Made by a program: the position numbers and the translations under genes | The notes under the pieces: model-generated | What the model was told of the DNA's origin: nothing | What the model saw: the letters and a program-made list of their open reading frames with translations, nothing else | Databases searched by the model: none | Part shown: positions 1 to 12,500 of the stretch, piece after piece | How the letters are laid out: every line of letters begins with the position of its first letter | Position numbering within the stretch: position 1 is the first letter of the stretch | Assembly (NCBI GenBank): GCA_907165135.1 | Contig: OU015566.1 | Coordinates: 3,844,001 to 3,908,000 of the forward strand | From: Oikopleura dioica | Lineage: Eukaryota; Animalia; Chordata | Length of the DNA stretch: 64,000 bases | Reading direction: 5' to 3'

Positions 1-2954
1 TTTGAGACCCATTTTCGTGGCGGTGGATTCGATTTCGTTGATTTTTTCGAGTTGCTAAAAGGTATGTAGTATTTTTTCTGAAGAATAAGGTACCTTTTCT
101 ATTGGGAAATTCTTGTCCGGAATCTGCGATTTCTCCGTCGTTTTTGCAACATTGGGAGAAAGTATCAAATATGACGGTTCCAAATCGGCGACGATGTCGA
201 TCAAAGGCTTCACTTTCCGGTCTTTAGTCACGTTCATCAAGACTGCCAGGTTTCCTTCTTTCATTTTCGCAGCCCAATTAACGCATGGTCGCAGCGATTC
301 TGAAGAAGATCAGATGTTATCCACAGACCGGTAATGCCAGATATTCGCGTTAGAGCAGATATAGTAATTGGGGAAATAATGAGCCCCGCTCCAGCTATTC
401 TGGACCAAAAATAAAAGGAGTTCTTATTTGAACCTAGTCACTCCCTGCTCAAATCATTGGAGAGCGCCGACCAAAAAGACTTATTCCGTAAATCCCGGTT
501 CTACCGGAGAATTCGTTAAGGAAACCATAAGTTACCCTCTAAGTGTATTGGTTGGGCACTTATTATTTCTTTGCAGACTAGAAATCACCCGTTGTCACTT
601 TAATTCGGTCCGGTCTCCGTCTGGACATGAATCCATTCAACCTCGGAAAAGGGAGCCAAGAGATAGTCAATTGCTAGCTGAGATTTATCGGCTATCGATG
701 TTACAACTCTAGGACAAGTTTTAACTAAAAGAAGATTCAAAAAGAAAGCCTAAAATTTGATATGAAATTCCAAGTAAGCTTCGTTAGCTGTACTTATCGA
801 AGACAATTACATGAATATACCATGATTATGACTATTTCGACTGTTACTACCGGCAGTAATCTACCGTAGAATCGTAAGTTCCTTTGGCGAAAATTTGTGT
901 TTCCTTACCTAGAGTGTGCGCTCCATCAAGCAAAACTTTCAGCTTCCTTTCGCCGGTATTGTGCCAAACGATCTGTTGTCGCCCAGGCCAAAAGGTCTTA
1001 TTCAACCCTTCCATTTCTTCCTTCGTCGCGGCTTCGTCCAGCGACTTCCCAAAGAAAGTCCGAACGGCTGTGAGCGCAACGGAAGCGTTGCACTTCATCG
1101 GCCCTTCTTTTCCATACAACGATTCGCGCAAGTTCTCGGAAGGGATGAGAAGAGGCGTAATGATCTTCTTTGCTTCTTCGAGCAGCGTTTTGTGAGCTTC
1201 CGTGTACTCCTGGCGCGTAGAAATGAGGGTGGCGTTTCTACGGAAGATTCCGGCTTTTGCGCGAGAGATTTCTTCGATTGTGTGGCCGAGGATGGACATG
1301 TGGTCGTAGCCAAGAGCTAGAATTGAGGTTTATTTGAGATAGAAAAATCTGAAAGCCGATGAAAAACGAAGAAATTAGGAAAATTTTGGAGCCCAACCAG
1401 TTATATAACTCCCTTATGAAATTTAATTACCAGCGCGGTGGTAACAAAAACATTCACCGTGCTAGAAACTGACCTGTGACGCAACAGACACGCGGCATAG
1501 GCCCGACTGGGAACAGCGAAGTCGTGCAAAAAGTGCCCCCGATTCCCACTTCCAAAATGACCACATCGACTCTCAGCCTCGAAAAAGCGTGAAAAGCGAC
1601 CAACGTCAAGAACGAAAAATAGGCAGGGCGCTGCTCTGGCTTCAGTTGCTCGTAAATGTGGTGGAAGCTGAAGGCGAAATCTTCGTCGGAAATCGGCTTT
1701 CCGTCGATTCTGATGCGCTCGTTCACTTTGCATAAGTGGGGAGACGTGAATAGGCCGGTTCTGAAGCCTTTTTCGCGGAGTAAACTGTCGATCATCGCTG
1801 ATGTTGTCCCCTTTCCCTGAATTTAATGATGAGGTAAGATGAAATTAAAAAACTTCACTTGAGGCAAATTTTCATAAAAATTTTTTTCGTGCTCAGAAGA
1901 TAGAGCAGAAAATTCTGAATCGAATAGGCTAGATTTGCCCCGAAAATTTTGACTTTATGACGTCAAAAATTACGTAATAAAGTCCAGATTAGGGCATCTT
2001 TGGTAAACTTTTGGGGAACTTTTAAGGGGGTTTCTGTTGGATTTATTGGACGTTCTATAGCTCAAAAGAATCGCCGTCGAAAACTGAGGGGGGGTTTTTA
2101 AGGGTTTTGAAAAAACTCAAGAAAAAAATGTTGACCAAAATTCGACCGGTCGGTTTCAACGTGTTTTGCTTGGAATTTCTCAAAATCCAAGAAAACCCCC
2201 CCTCAATTTTCGACGGCGATTATTTTCAGCCCAAGAACGCCAAAAAACTCCATCGGAAACCCCTTCAAAAGCTCCCCAAAAGTTTTTTGGGGGAAATGAG
2301 TCATAATGACGTCATTTGACGGAATTATAGAGCCGGAAGTAGACCATTCGACTCAGAATTTCCTGCTCTTTCATATTAGCCAATAAAATTTTTTTGAAAA
2401 AATTTGCCTCAAGTCGACTTTTTTAATTTCATCTAAGGGTTTTACCGTCCAAAAGTGGGTTTCTCCTTGCCCAATCGACTCATTTGGGCTCGATAACCTG
2501 CTAAAAAAGCTCTTTTTAGGACCCTCTTTTAGGACCAGGCTTTCTACAAGGGTAGCCAGGCCGAAGTGTTGTCCACATATAGAATTTTGGCACAGGTATA
2601 CCCCTAAGTCTGTGATTACGTGAACGAGAATATCAGTTTTATTGAGATAATATAAATTAGATTCATCAAAGACTTACCTTGGTTCCAGCAACATGAAAGA
2701 GCGGAATCTTCTGGAGTTTTTCTACTAATTCGCCCTGATCTAAGTCATTCAGGGTCTTTTCAGACTGCGCATACTTGGACTGCTGCGTCCAGCCGCCGCT
2801 TTTGATCTGGCTTTGAAGAACTTTTAATTAGGCTCAACCAAGCTATTCCTTTCCGATGGAGACTGGATCCAGAGGCTTTTGTTGAGCCCGTTCCTTGGTA
2901 GTTCGTTTGCAAATTCTCCAATCTTCTTATCGCTTCCTGATAAGCACTGGGCAT
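1..2954 (-). CDS. FPGS: Folylpolyglutamate synthase (multi-exon, 3' end runs off the window)
   Basis: Exons give MPSAYQEAIRRLENLQTN, HVAGTK/GKGTTSAMIDSLLR..GFRTGLFTSPHL..VNERIRIDG, ILEVGIGG, LGYDHMSILGHTIEEISRAKAGIF, WPGRQQ and LLDGAHT, all FPGS/FolC signature motifs. Confidence 0.95.
1838..2433. mobile_element. Foldback MITE (PIF/Harbinger-Tourist-like) in an FPGS intron
   Basis: TAA on both flanks; TIR GATGAAATTAAAAAA..ACTTGAGGCAAATTTT mirrored at about 2400-2433; an inner inverted pair (TCGCCGTCGAAAA..GAGGGGGGG) makes it nearly palindromic. Confidence 0.75.
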
Positions 2955-4522
2955 CTTTTTCGCAATCGATAAATGTCTCTGGAAATTGTAGATTCTTCTG
3001 AGAGCTAAAAAGTTCTTCAAGGAGACTGCTCAAGGGAGACAAGAAAAACAAAAAAGCAATCAATCGAGAAAAACGGGATCCTGACGTAACACTAGAAAAA
3101 CTAGAAATGCGAAAATAGAAAAATAAACAAACTCGATATTTTTCTGTTTTCGACTTTCAAAAGTAGCTTTTCCTATGAAAAGCGTTGCATAGAAAAATGC
3201 CGGACTCAAAGTGAACCCCTTATTTGAGGAGCCAAAACGCGAAATAAGGGCCCCCATCACTATTTCACATTTTGCCCCTCAAAAATAAGGGTGTCACTTT
3301 AATAACGCTGGCTTTGATAGAATGGTTCTTATTTAACGATTTTCTAGCAACAAGTTAGTAATTCGTCAAATATCTGACCTTTTTAAAGATTGGTTTTTCC
3401 CGTTAAATAAGGCCCCTCTGCTTTAATTTGAACAGTGATGACCAAATTAGGTGACATGAACTTAGTTCTGCTGCCAGCCAAATTAAGGGTTTCTCTTTGT
3501 TATATTATATAACTTATATATTTAAAAATACCTTTAAAGTAGTTTGAAATGGTCAATTCTAAAGACTAAAATCTCCTCTCATAGAATACAAACAATTACT
3601 TTTTTCTGCAAAAAGAGTAAATTAAATTTGGAACATTACCAAATTTGTCAGTTTCGGAACCACCCCGACTCGGAGAGAGGCGTTTTCGAAAACAATTCAG
3701 GATCCGGTTTTTCCAGTCAAAAACACAAATATTTTTAAAAGCAACGAAAATGGGGATTTCGGGTTAATAATGAAAATTACCATTTCGATTTTGAACATAC
3801 AGCTGGCGCAAAATTTTGACCATTTTTCCGATTTCGAAAATATCATTTTTACACTAAAAAGAGGGGTTATGAGAACAAGTCGGTACAGAAATCAGTTTTT
3901 GAGTTCAGTTTTTCTTCTCTTTTTCGGGAAATAGAGTTTTGCAGAAATTCTCTAGATTCTCAAAAAGATTTTTCCCCTCGCGCTGATTGGCCAACAGAGC
4001 GCGAGAATCAAACCAGTTTTACCGACTTTTCGGCTCGAAATTTGGACTAGACAGGTTACTTTTCGAACAGGAAAGAATGCTATTTTGTCTGGCAGACATT
4101 TTTCGTAAGATTTTGTTTATTATCAATAATTGGACTACGGGGAATTTCGAAGCAGAGTCGGATTGATTTGGCTAATCTACGCAATTGAGCGATGGCATCT
4201 TTGACGAGGAGTTCTGGTTGCTCACAAATCTTCAACTTCAGAAGATATTTTTCTTTAGCAATTCATCTGAAAATAGAGTTTTAGGAAGAAGGGAACAACG
4301 TTGTCATAAGATTGTCGATCATAAATTGACAGAAAGACTCCAAGATAGTCCATGGAACCTCGGAATTATTGCCAAAGACTGTCGATTTTCGGAGTTCAGT
4401 GCGGAAAAGCCAATCAGAGAGCGTCGCGCACTTTTTAAAACCGACAATCTGGCTCTTATTCCGAATTTCAATCGACGATATTTGATGCAGGTAAAACTGA
4501 AGTTCTGACTGTAGAAACGTAC

Positions 4523-5031
4523 CTTGCTAATGGTCACACAGGAGCATTGTTCAATGATTCCATTTTCTATCGTAATTTCATTGAAATATCCATTGTCATC
4601 TGCAACCTGCAAAACCAATGGCTTGAATCTCGTCGGAACGCAAGTCGTTTCTGTGTTTTCATTCACATGAAGACTTCCGGCAGTTATGCTGCTTGGCGCG
4701 TGACAAATTCCGCCACAAGCGCCAATGTCGATAAATTTTCCCCGATGCTCCTAAAATTCAATTGAGGGCGAGAACGATGGACTTGGGACTTAGCTCGGCA
4801 ACCTGTCTGGAAACCCTGAGTCAGGGTCTGAAAAATATCCTGACTCAGGTTTTCTACACAGATTAGGAGCTTGACTTACGGGAGTTCTGACGCGAAATTG
4901 GCTGCTGTAGCCCATCGAGATTCGGATAAACTCGAGATCAACTTGTTTCGGATGCCGCTGACATCGTTGATTGCAAACTTGAAGGGCGCGCGCGCGGGCT
5001 TGGTAGTTGTCGACATATGTTCTTCCGTACA
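4523..5031 (-). CDS. Divergent TGF-beta-superfamily cystine-knot domain (two exons; rest of gene unresolved)
   Basis: GT-AG phase-0 splice 4880/4750 joins CQRHPKQVDL..MG..RTP to EHRGKFIDIGACGGIC..TCVPTRFKPLVLQVADDNG..IENGIIEQCSC, giving the C..CxGxC..C..CxC pattern. Confidence 0.7.
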
Positions 5032-5780
5032 CTAGAAGTTGGTTGTTAAAGATGATGACTAAGATATGGTCTTCGAATATGTTAAGAAAAGCCAATTTCT
5101 CTTCTCGAAAGCTAAAGCTACTCGTTATTCGATCTTGGTTTCTTTTGCTTCGAAAAAAGCCGCGTGCGGCTTTTTGAAGGAAAGACCATGAGCGACTAAC
5201 TATTGAATGTTGAGTTTATACTTACATCTTTCCGGAAGAAAAGCAGATGAAACTGTAGTAAGCGTGAAAAGAGAGAAATTTGAAATTTTCATTTGATTTT
5301 CGACTACTTGATAGTTGAGCTAGGAAAAGAACCGTGGGAGAAAAGGGACTTTCTTGATGCTGCGATTTAACAAAGAGGTCAGATTGCTACGTTTATATTG
5401 ACCGTCTGCGGTGGCGCTCGTTGGTGGTCGCTCTACTATCTCATCATCAAAAAAGCAGGTGACTGAGGATTTAGCAGATAAAATCAGAAGAATCGATCCT
5501 TAGCTCATGGGGTCACAGTTCAGCCTTGAACTGGAATTTCCCTCTTTGATAAAAATCAACGAGGAGAAGGCTCTAAGAGCTTTCTCTTTCTTTTATTTGC
5601 TTCTTTTTTGAGTGAGCTCTATTTATCACAGAGTCTGCATCTAGGCCTGAAATGTCAGTGGCTTCATTCTTGCCACGGCAGTTTCAATATGTTTTTATCT
5701 GTTGGCTAGCTCAATTTGAGCAGAATTGAGCCAAGCAAAATGCTTGTTATTTGCTAGAGTATCTCCAGCTGGTTGTTTTC

Positions 5781-6122
5781 TCAGTTGCATACTAAAACTT
5801 TGAGTCTCAAAGGTTCATTTTTAGGAGGTTGGGGTTCATTTTTGTGAAAATCAAATGACAGGATTAGGGATCGACCATGAACGGTCCCGTCCTGATTCCG
5901 ATTTGTTACCAGACTCCCGGTAGAAGAGGTTATCATTCGAGCTCTCCCATTAGTTTTGCCATAACCCTTGCCTATCAAAGAGGGTACGACCCCGGTACCC
6001 CGACCGAAGACCGAAATCAAGGTGCTTCGTCCCCTGTACCATCGAAGATACGCACCGGACGACTCGGGGGCCACGAGATCTTTTTCAAAAATCTTTACGT
6101 AAACGTCAGGCTTAACATTCAT
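5781..6122 (-). CDS. Uncharacterised ORF/exon, possibly part of the downstream cystine-knot gene
   Basis: 113-aa ATG ORF with protein-like composition; no family recognised. Confidence 0.3.
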   Translation of the reverse strand: MNVKPDVYVKIFEKDLVAPESSGAYLRWYRGRSTLISVFGRGTGVVPSLIGKGYGKTNGRARMITSSTGSLVTNRNQDGTVHGRSLILSFDFHKNEPQPPKNEPLRLKVLVCN

Positions 6123-7593
6123 TCATGATCTCTATCCCTAAAATCCCCACGTTTTCGACGCTCTGAGCACAAAGTTACGTCCAATTAGCCGGGACTTATG
6201 AATATTCTCCGTCCTCGATTCTTGGGTCGACGGCTAAGCCTCTCTCAATTATGGACTCTTCGATTTTTCTTTTCAACTAGACAAGTCACGAGTGTCTGCG
6301 GGAAAGAATAATTTCTCAAGAATTTATTTTTATGGAAAAAGTGCTCGCAGCAAAAAGATAGAAGAGAATGTAGAAGGAGAATTTTTCAGTACACGGGATC
6401 AATAATTTGAAGACTTTACAAATTACTGAGCGAAGATATCGTCAGATATTGAAGAGAGTTTTTTTTTATAAAAATCGGCATTGTAAATACTGAAAATATT
6501 TTGTTACAAATTTGTTATTAATTTTTACCAATAATTTATTATATATTTGATCAAACATGAAATGATTTTGTTAACGAGAAAAAGGTACACCGTATATTAT
6601 TTAGTCAGTCAGAAATGCCAACCGCGGTAATATACAGGATGTTCCACTGTACATCAAACGAGCTACCTGAAATAATAGCTCGATAAAATAATAAAATTAG
6701 TTAAGTACAGAGGTGATACTACTAACTAGTGACCTCGTCATCATTTGCTTATTTGAACCGTTGAAAAATTAACATCACGAATTTCATCGTCAATGATTTC
6801 GTTTGTTGAAATTCAAGTGTTCGAATTTGACGTGAATTTCGAACTGATAATGACATTTTCAGTCTTTTTCATCATGATTGACGTCTCAGCCGAGGGTTGA
6901 TTTCGCGATCTTGTCATTTGAGACCTTCCTACTTCACGGTCATTACATTTCGAAAGAGGAAGTTTCGAAATTTCATGGTTTTTTTTGATAAAAAATTAAC
7001 GGCTTCTTTTAATAAAAATATGAAATTTGAATTTCATTGATAATAAAAACGTAAAAATTTCTTAAAAACATGTTTTCGAGCAAAAAATAAATAAAAATAT
7101 AAAATTTAGTCTTTCAAAAAAAGTTCAAATCGACAAAAATAAACTTAATAACTTATTCCGAATTCGCTATTCCACTTTCAACCGGCCGGTTAAACATCTC
7201 ATTTCCATTAATAATTAGGGGAAAACCCACGAGAAAGACGCCTCATCATGACCTCAAGGAAAGAAGATCTCCGCGATCCTTAATGATGTCTGGAAGTTCT
7301 TGCTCATCATCAAAATATCGTTCGATTTTGCCGATCGAAGATAGTCTCAAAAGATAATCAACGATCAGATCGTCCAAAAATATTCTCCAAAAGATTCTTC
7401 CTCAGAGAAAAACCAAATCAATCAACTCTCGCACGTTTCGCGGTTGGAAATTCTAGAGTTATCGGAAAGCGTTTTGCATGCCACATGCCAGGGATCGTTG
7501 ATAAGCATCATTTCATCAATCAAAAAATAGCTCTATAAAATGTTCGTCGAAATGGAAAAATTCATCAGTTTTGAAAAATCAAAAGAAAAACAA

Positions 7594-8872
7594 ATGAAAA
7601 TTTCGACTTTTTTCTTCGCAACTATCGCTCAATTCCGCCCTTCTCTGGCAAAAGAGGTATTTTTTAGAATTTTTTTTTATTCTTATCATCTTTCTAGTCT
7701 GCTCGAATCTTCATTGATGAAGAGAGCTTCATGAACACCGACAACACGAATTTCAAACTCGAAGAGGAATATCTCAACGATCAATTAGCTGAAATCCGCG
7801 ATTCGAGAACCAAACTCATTTTTGATTTTCCGCCATCACAGTTTGATTCCCTCTTTTTTCTCCAGAAATGATCCAAATTTCTAGCCACAAGCGCGGCGAA
7901 ATCGTCAAGAACAAGATCAACGACCAATTCGAACGTCTCGAAAACCGACTTCGAAATCAGACCGAAAAATGCTTCCGCGATTTCAACATCGTTTCAATTC
8001 CAGAAAGCTCCGATGCCTACGCTGGGAATCAATTGACGAGTGGTACGATGTACAATAGATTCCAGAGCGGGGTCGCTAGAAAAATGGCGGTCTACATCCG
8101 ACAAGTTTTTAGCACCGGTTCGCAACGATGTACGAAACAGCAGGTGATTTTGATGAGAAGATTGGAGCGACTTCGTCTTATCAGTAAGTCTTATCACTCG
8201 AGGATTATGAAAATTTTTATTAATAGCAATAATGATTTAAAATATATTAATGTATAAATTAAATAAATTATTAAATTATTATTAATTTAATAATAAGTTA
8301 ATTAATTATAATTTTAAATAATTAAATTTATCAGTTTATTTTAAATTATTATGTAATTTTATCATAAATTTTGGAAAATAATAAAAATGAAAATATATTT
8401 TTCTTTTTAAGCGTTGTGGCATTATTGCCATAAATTCGATTCAACCGTCGCCCAATGCAGCTGGGCATATCTCGACGAGAAAACAAACCAGCCCCGAGTT
8501 CATCCTCGAAATCAAACTTGGATTGATCAAAAATTCGGGCGAAACACTCCATTTCAACAACGAGCGGTCGTCTGCGACATCGATACCGGAGCCAATGATA
8601 TTGAACAGACCATTTCTTGCAAGGACAACAAGAAACTCGTCATCAATTCTGCGTTTTTTGGCCGCCAGAATGTGCACGAATGCCTCGGCGACTTCCAGAA
8701 AGGAGATTTTTCAGTTTGCGAGCACGAAGAAGATGTGAAGAGTTCGATCGCTTCTGAATGCGAAAATCAAGCAAACTGCACGCTGACAACCGACTTGATT
8801 CCAGAAGAAAACAAGATCTTCTGCGAAGAGTCGGAGAATTATTTACTTGTCCATTATTCCTGCGAAGAATGA
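7594..8872 (+). CDS. Secreted protein with C-terminal SUEL/rhamnose-binding (Gal_Lectin) domain
   Basis: Signal-like MKISTFFFATIAQ exon, 4 exons; C-terminus AVVC..ISC..LVINSAFFGRQ..C..C..VKSSIASECENQANC..FC..ENYLLVHYSC matches the SUEL cysteine pattern. Confidence 0.8.
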
Positions 8873-9597
8873 ACTTTTCTCTGAATGTTTCTTTTTAAAA
8901 TAAAAATGAATTTTTCTTTTTCTTGAAATAAATTATAAAATAAGCATTTTATTTATTTTTGTTTAATTTGATTCACAATTTTATTTAGTAAATATTAAAA
9001 ATATCGCTTATAAAATTGAGAGGGCTGTGGACAACTTGTATATAAACAGTAATTTAAAATGAAAGACAAGTGACTGGCAACATCCGTCAATCAAAAATGC
9101 ATTCAGAAGCATTTGATTTGGAAGCAAACAAAAATATCGCCAGAGCGAATGTTGAATTATATATCGCTCAACACAGCTGAACTTGATAAGATTCAGATAA
9201 CAAGTCCCTATTTCTGGCCTTTTCATTTGCATTTTTTTTTTCAGAATTGTAAAACAAAAATTTTTCCATTGCTTTTCTTCAAAAAAAAATTGCTAAAATT
9301 CACGATTTTTGTGAAAAAAATTGATTTTTTTTTTCGACAAAAATTGCCAAAATTTTCCAATAACACAATATTTTTTAGATAAAAATAGATTTTTAGAGTT
9401 TTCCTGATTCAGTTTTATGATTTTTAAAAATTATTATCAGGGAAAAAAATTCTACTTCGGCGCTCGAGAGTCTCCACAGCGCGCCTTCAGGAATGGCAAA
9501 CTTGCCCAAAGGCGACAAGCAGAATTTTTAAATAGCCAAGGAAAAGGCAAAAAGGAAATCAAATGGTCATTGACAGCTATTTATGATCTCCTTTCAG

Positions 9598-12500
9598 CTT
9601 CATTTTCTTTTTGAGTGCTCCTTTTGAATATCCCGAATATCTTGCAGAGAAACTTGCAGAAGAAAATCTAATCGAAAAAAGAGGGATGAACTTTTTCGGT
9701 GCAATTTTACAACCGGTCGTGAATCACGTGATTCCAGCGCAGCTTCAGATATCTTGCCTTGGTAAGTTTTATAATTTTTAGGGCCATAAAAAAGCCGCTA
9801 GCGGCTTCGAGCTAAATAATAAGCCGCGCAAATAGCCGCAATTGTCGACTGAATCCCTTATTCTACTGTTTGAATGCACAAAGAAAAAGTATTGTAATGT
9901 CAAAAGAGAACCAACTCGATAGTCTTTTCAAGTCTCCGCTTTTGACATCTGCGTCCGTGTATGTCTAATAATCAGAAAAGCATATTTTCCAAGCTCCTTG
10001 GCTCGTTATGCATGAGGGACAGAATCGATCAGGCGACATTCTGGCCATTTCTTTTTCCATTGTGGCCGAAGTTGATGGATGTTCAACATACATTATCTAA
10101 TTATCCCGCTCGCTGATCATATTTGGATCGGCTTCCGCGGCTTGCTGATTTTATTTAACCGTTTACTTAAGTTTTTTTTAAAAATATAAGCGGTTGATAC
10201 CCTTAATTTTTTGATATGTTTGTCAATTTTTGAGTCAAAAATCTTGATCCGAACCAGCAATTTTTCTTAAAAACCCCTCATTCATTTGGTAATAAAGGGT
10301 CAATGCATCTGCTTGAAACACTCTCCCACTGAGACTCTAGCTCCTGGGAAATAAAAGACAACAATTCTAGTTTTTAGCTGCTGCTTCTACTTTATTCGAG
10401 AGACAACTGACCAGCCGAGACTGGCACTGCGCGCGCAACGTCCCACTGATCAGTATCAAAGTTCAACGGGTTCGCCCGGAATGCGCTAACCCTTTACCTC
10501 CCCTTGATACAGAACAGTGCGACAATAAGTAAGATACAGGTAGAATGTCCCTTTCGGGCTCGGAGGAACATCGGTAGAATTGGGACAGTCGGCGGCAGAT
10601 TTTTGAAGAGGGTTTTGTACGGTGATGAAGCAGCAAACATTTTTGATCCTAAGCAGTAGACAACTTCCAATCCCCAAAGCATCAGAAAACCCAATTGCCA
10701 ACACTAGCCTTCATACTGTTTCTTCGTAGAATCCAGCGAGAGGGAGATGGACGGCGAATATTCCGCTTGAGGCGAGGAGTAGACGGGTTGGAAGCAGACC
10801 TTTGGGGTTGTGACGAAGCCAGGATCAGGAGCAAAGATGGTATCAGAGATGTTGAATCCGTCGCCGAGCCAGATTTTTGAGCTTCGAATAGAGGCTTTGG
10901 CGGAGCGATCGGAGGGAGAGAGGATGGAATCTTTTTGGGCGGTTTGGGCTTGCGTGACCGAGATTGTGACTCGATACCCTTACCTCCCCTAGTCACATGA
11001 TCGTTCTGCTTTATTTTCGACTTGAAGTTTTTGATCAAGTGTGGCCACTCTGTCAAGTCCAGATTTTGATCAAAGTTATCAAGGAAAGGAACTCTTTCCT
11101 CGATCGCGGCGACATGGGAACGGTGAATGAGGTCGACGGTGCCGTTTGCATCTTCGACGAGGCAGACCTGCTGGTTGGTGGATCTGAGGGTGGAGGGGCC
11201 ACTCCATTTTGCATTGGAGTTTTTGGCGTCTCCGGCGAGTGGGCGTAGCTTGACAACTTGGGGTTTTAGTTTCGAAGCTTCGGTGAACTCGAACTTGACG
11301 TTTCCAAGTAAATTGTTTATCGAGTAGGAAGAGATATTGCTGTTGCGCAAATAATCTCGTCCTAAGAGTGCTGGGCGGCATTGTCCATCCATCACAGTTG
11401 CGGCGAGCTCAAACTGAGGGCCTTTGTCGAATCTAACCTTGCAGTAGAGGGTTCCCCTTGGAGTTTCAGCTACTCCGCTAATACCGGCTACATCGTGGTT
11501 TGGAGCGCTCAAATTGCGTAGCACGTTTTGGGGGATAACATGCGAAGGTAGAATTGTTGAATATGCGCCAGTATCGAATTCGATGTTGCAGTCGAACGAA
11601 TCTTGTCCTGACTCAAATGTGGCGCGTAGAAAATATCCAGGGCGGGATTCGACCTTTTCGGTCAGGTGCACTGGAATTACAGAGAAGAGGGCATGGACAT
11701 CGGCGAAATTATCGGGTTCCACGTTGTAGTGGCTTTTACGCTGCATTTGATCGGGCTTTTCGGACTTCTCGTCCTTTTTCTGCGCAGAATTCTGGTCCCG
11801 ATTGTGCCAAGAGCGTTTACCCTCGCCATGTTTTCCATAACCTTGCTTCTGTTTGTTGTTGGATCCGGGTTGAGTTTTGTTGACGTTGATGACATCTGAA
11901 GAAACGCGGTTTCGGCGACTGGTCTCGGCTTTGAGTGCGAGGTCGTTAAGCGTGAAGGTTTTGTCGATGGAGCTCAGAAGAGCGTTGTAAGTGTCAGGCT
12001 CCTGGTCGCGGAGGGCTCTGACAGCGAACATTGTTGCCCATGCTTCGTGGATATCTACCACATTTGGCTCAGCATCGTTGTTAGCAGTTTTGAAGGTTTC
12101 GAGAAACGCGGCTTTTGCCTCAGCGAGTTTTGTTGCGAGCTCGGATGTGAAATGAGTCACGGGGCGCGATCGGTCGAAAACGATGTCGCTGACATCGAGC
12201 ATCAGTAGAAAATGCGAGATTTTTGGGCCATAGTGCTTCTTGAGAAGCCCAATGGCGGCGTCGACGTCGTCACAGGCGCGGAGATCGTTACCGATAAATC
12301 GGGCGACGTTCGGAGCTAGCTTGCTGGTAAGAGCGTTGAGGAATATTTTTTCGTCGCCGTCGCGGCGTAGATGACTGTCTTTGAATACCCTCATCGCTGT
12401 TATAAAATCCACAAACTGGCCGGGGCTATTTCCTTTGAAGGGCTGGATTGACGCGAAGCTTTTGTAGAACAAGTTGCAGATGTGCTGCTCGCGCTGGTCG

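Noticed and set aside
2955-3020. Possible mitochondrial leader upstream of the FPGS ATG
   Set aside because: It starts only at TTG with an in-frame TGA just upstream; TTTCCAG before the ATG looks like a trans-splice acceptor instead
10486-10704. env gene in the LTR element
   Set aside because: Only short ORFs with no convincing signal peptide, fusion peptide or TM anchor
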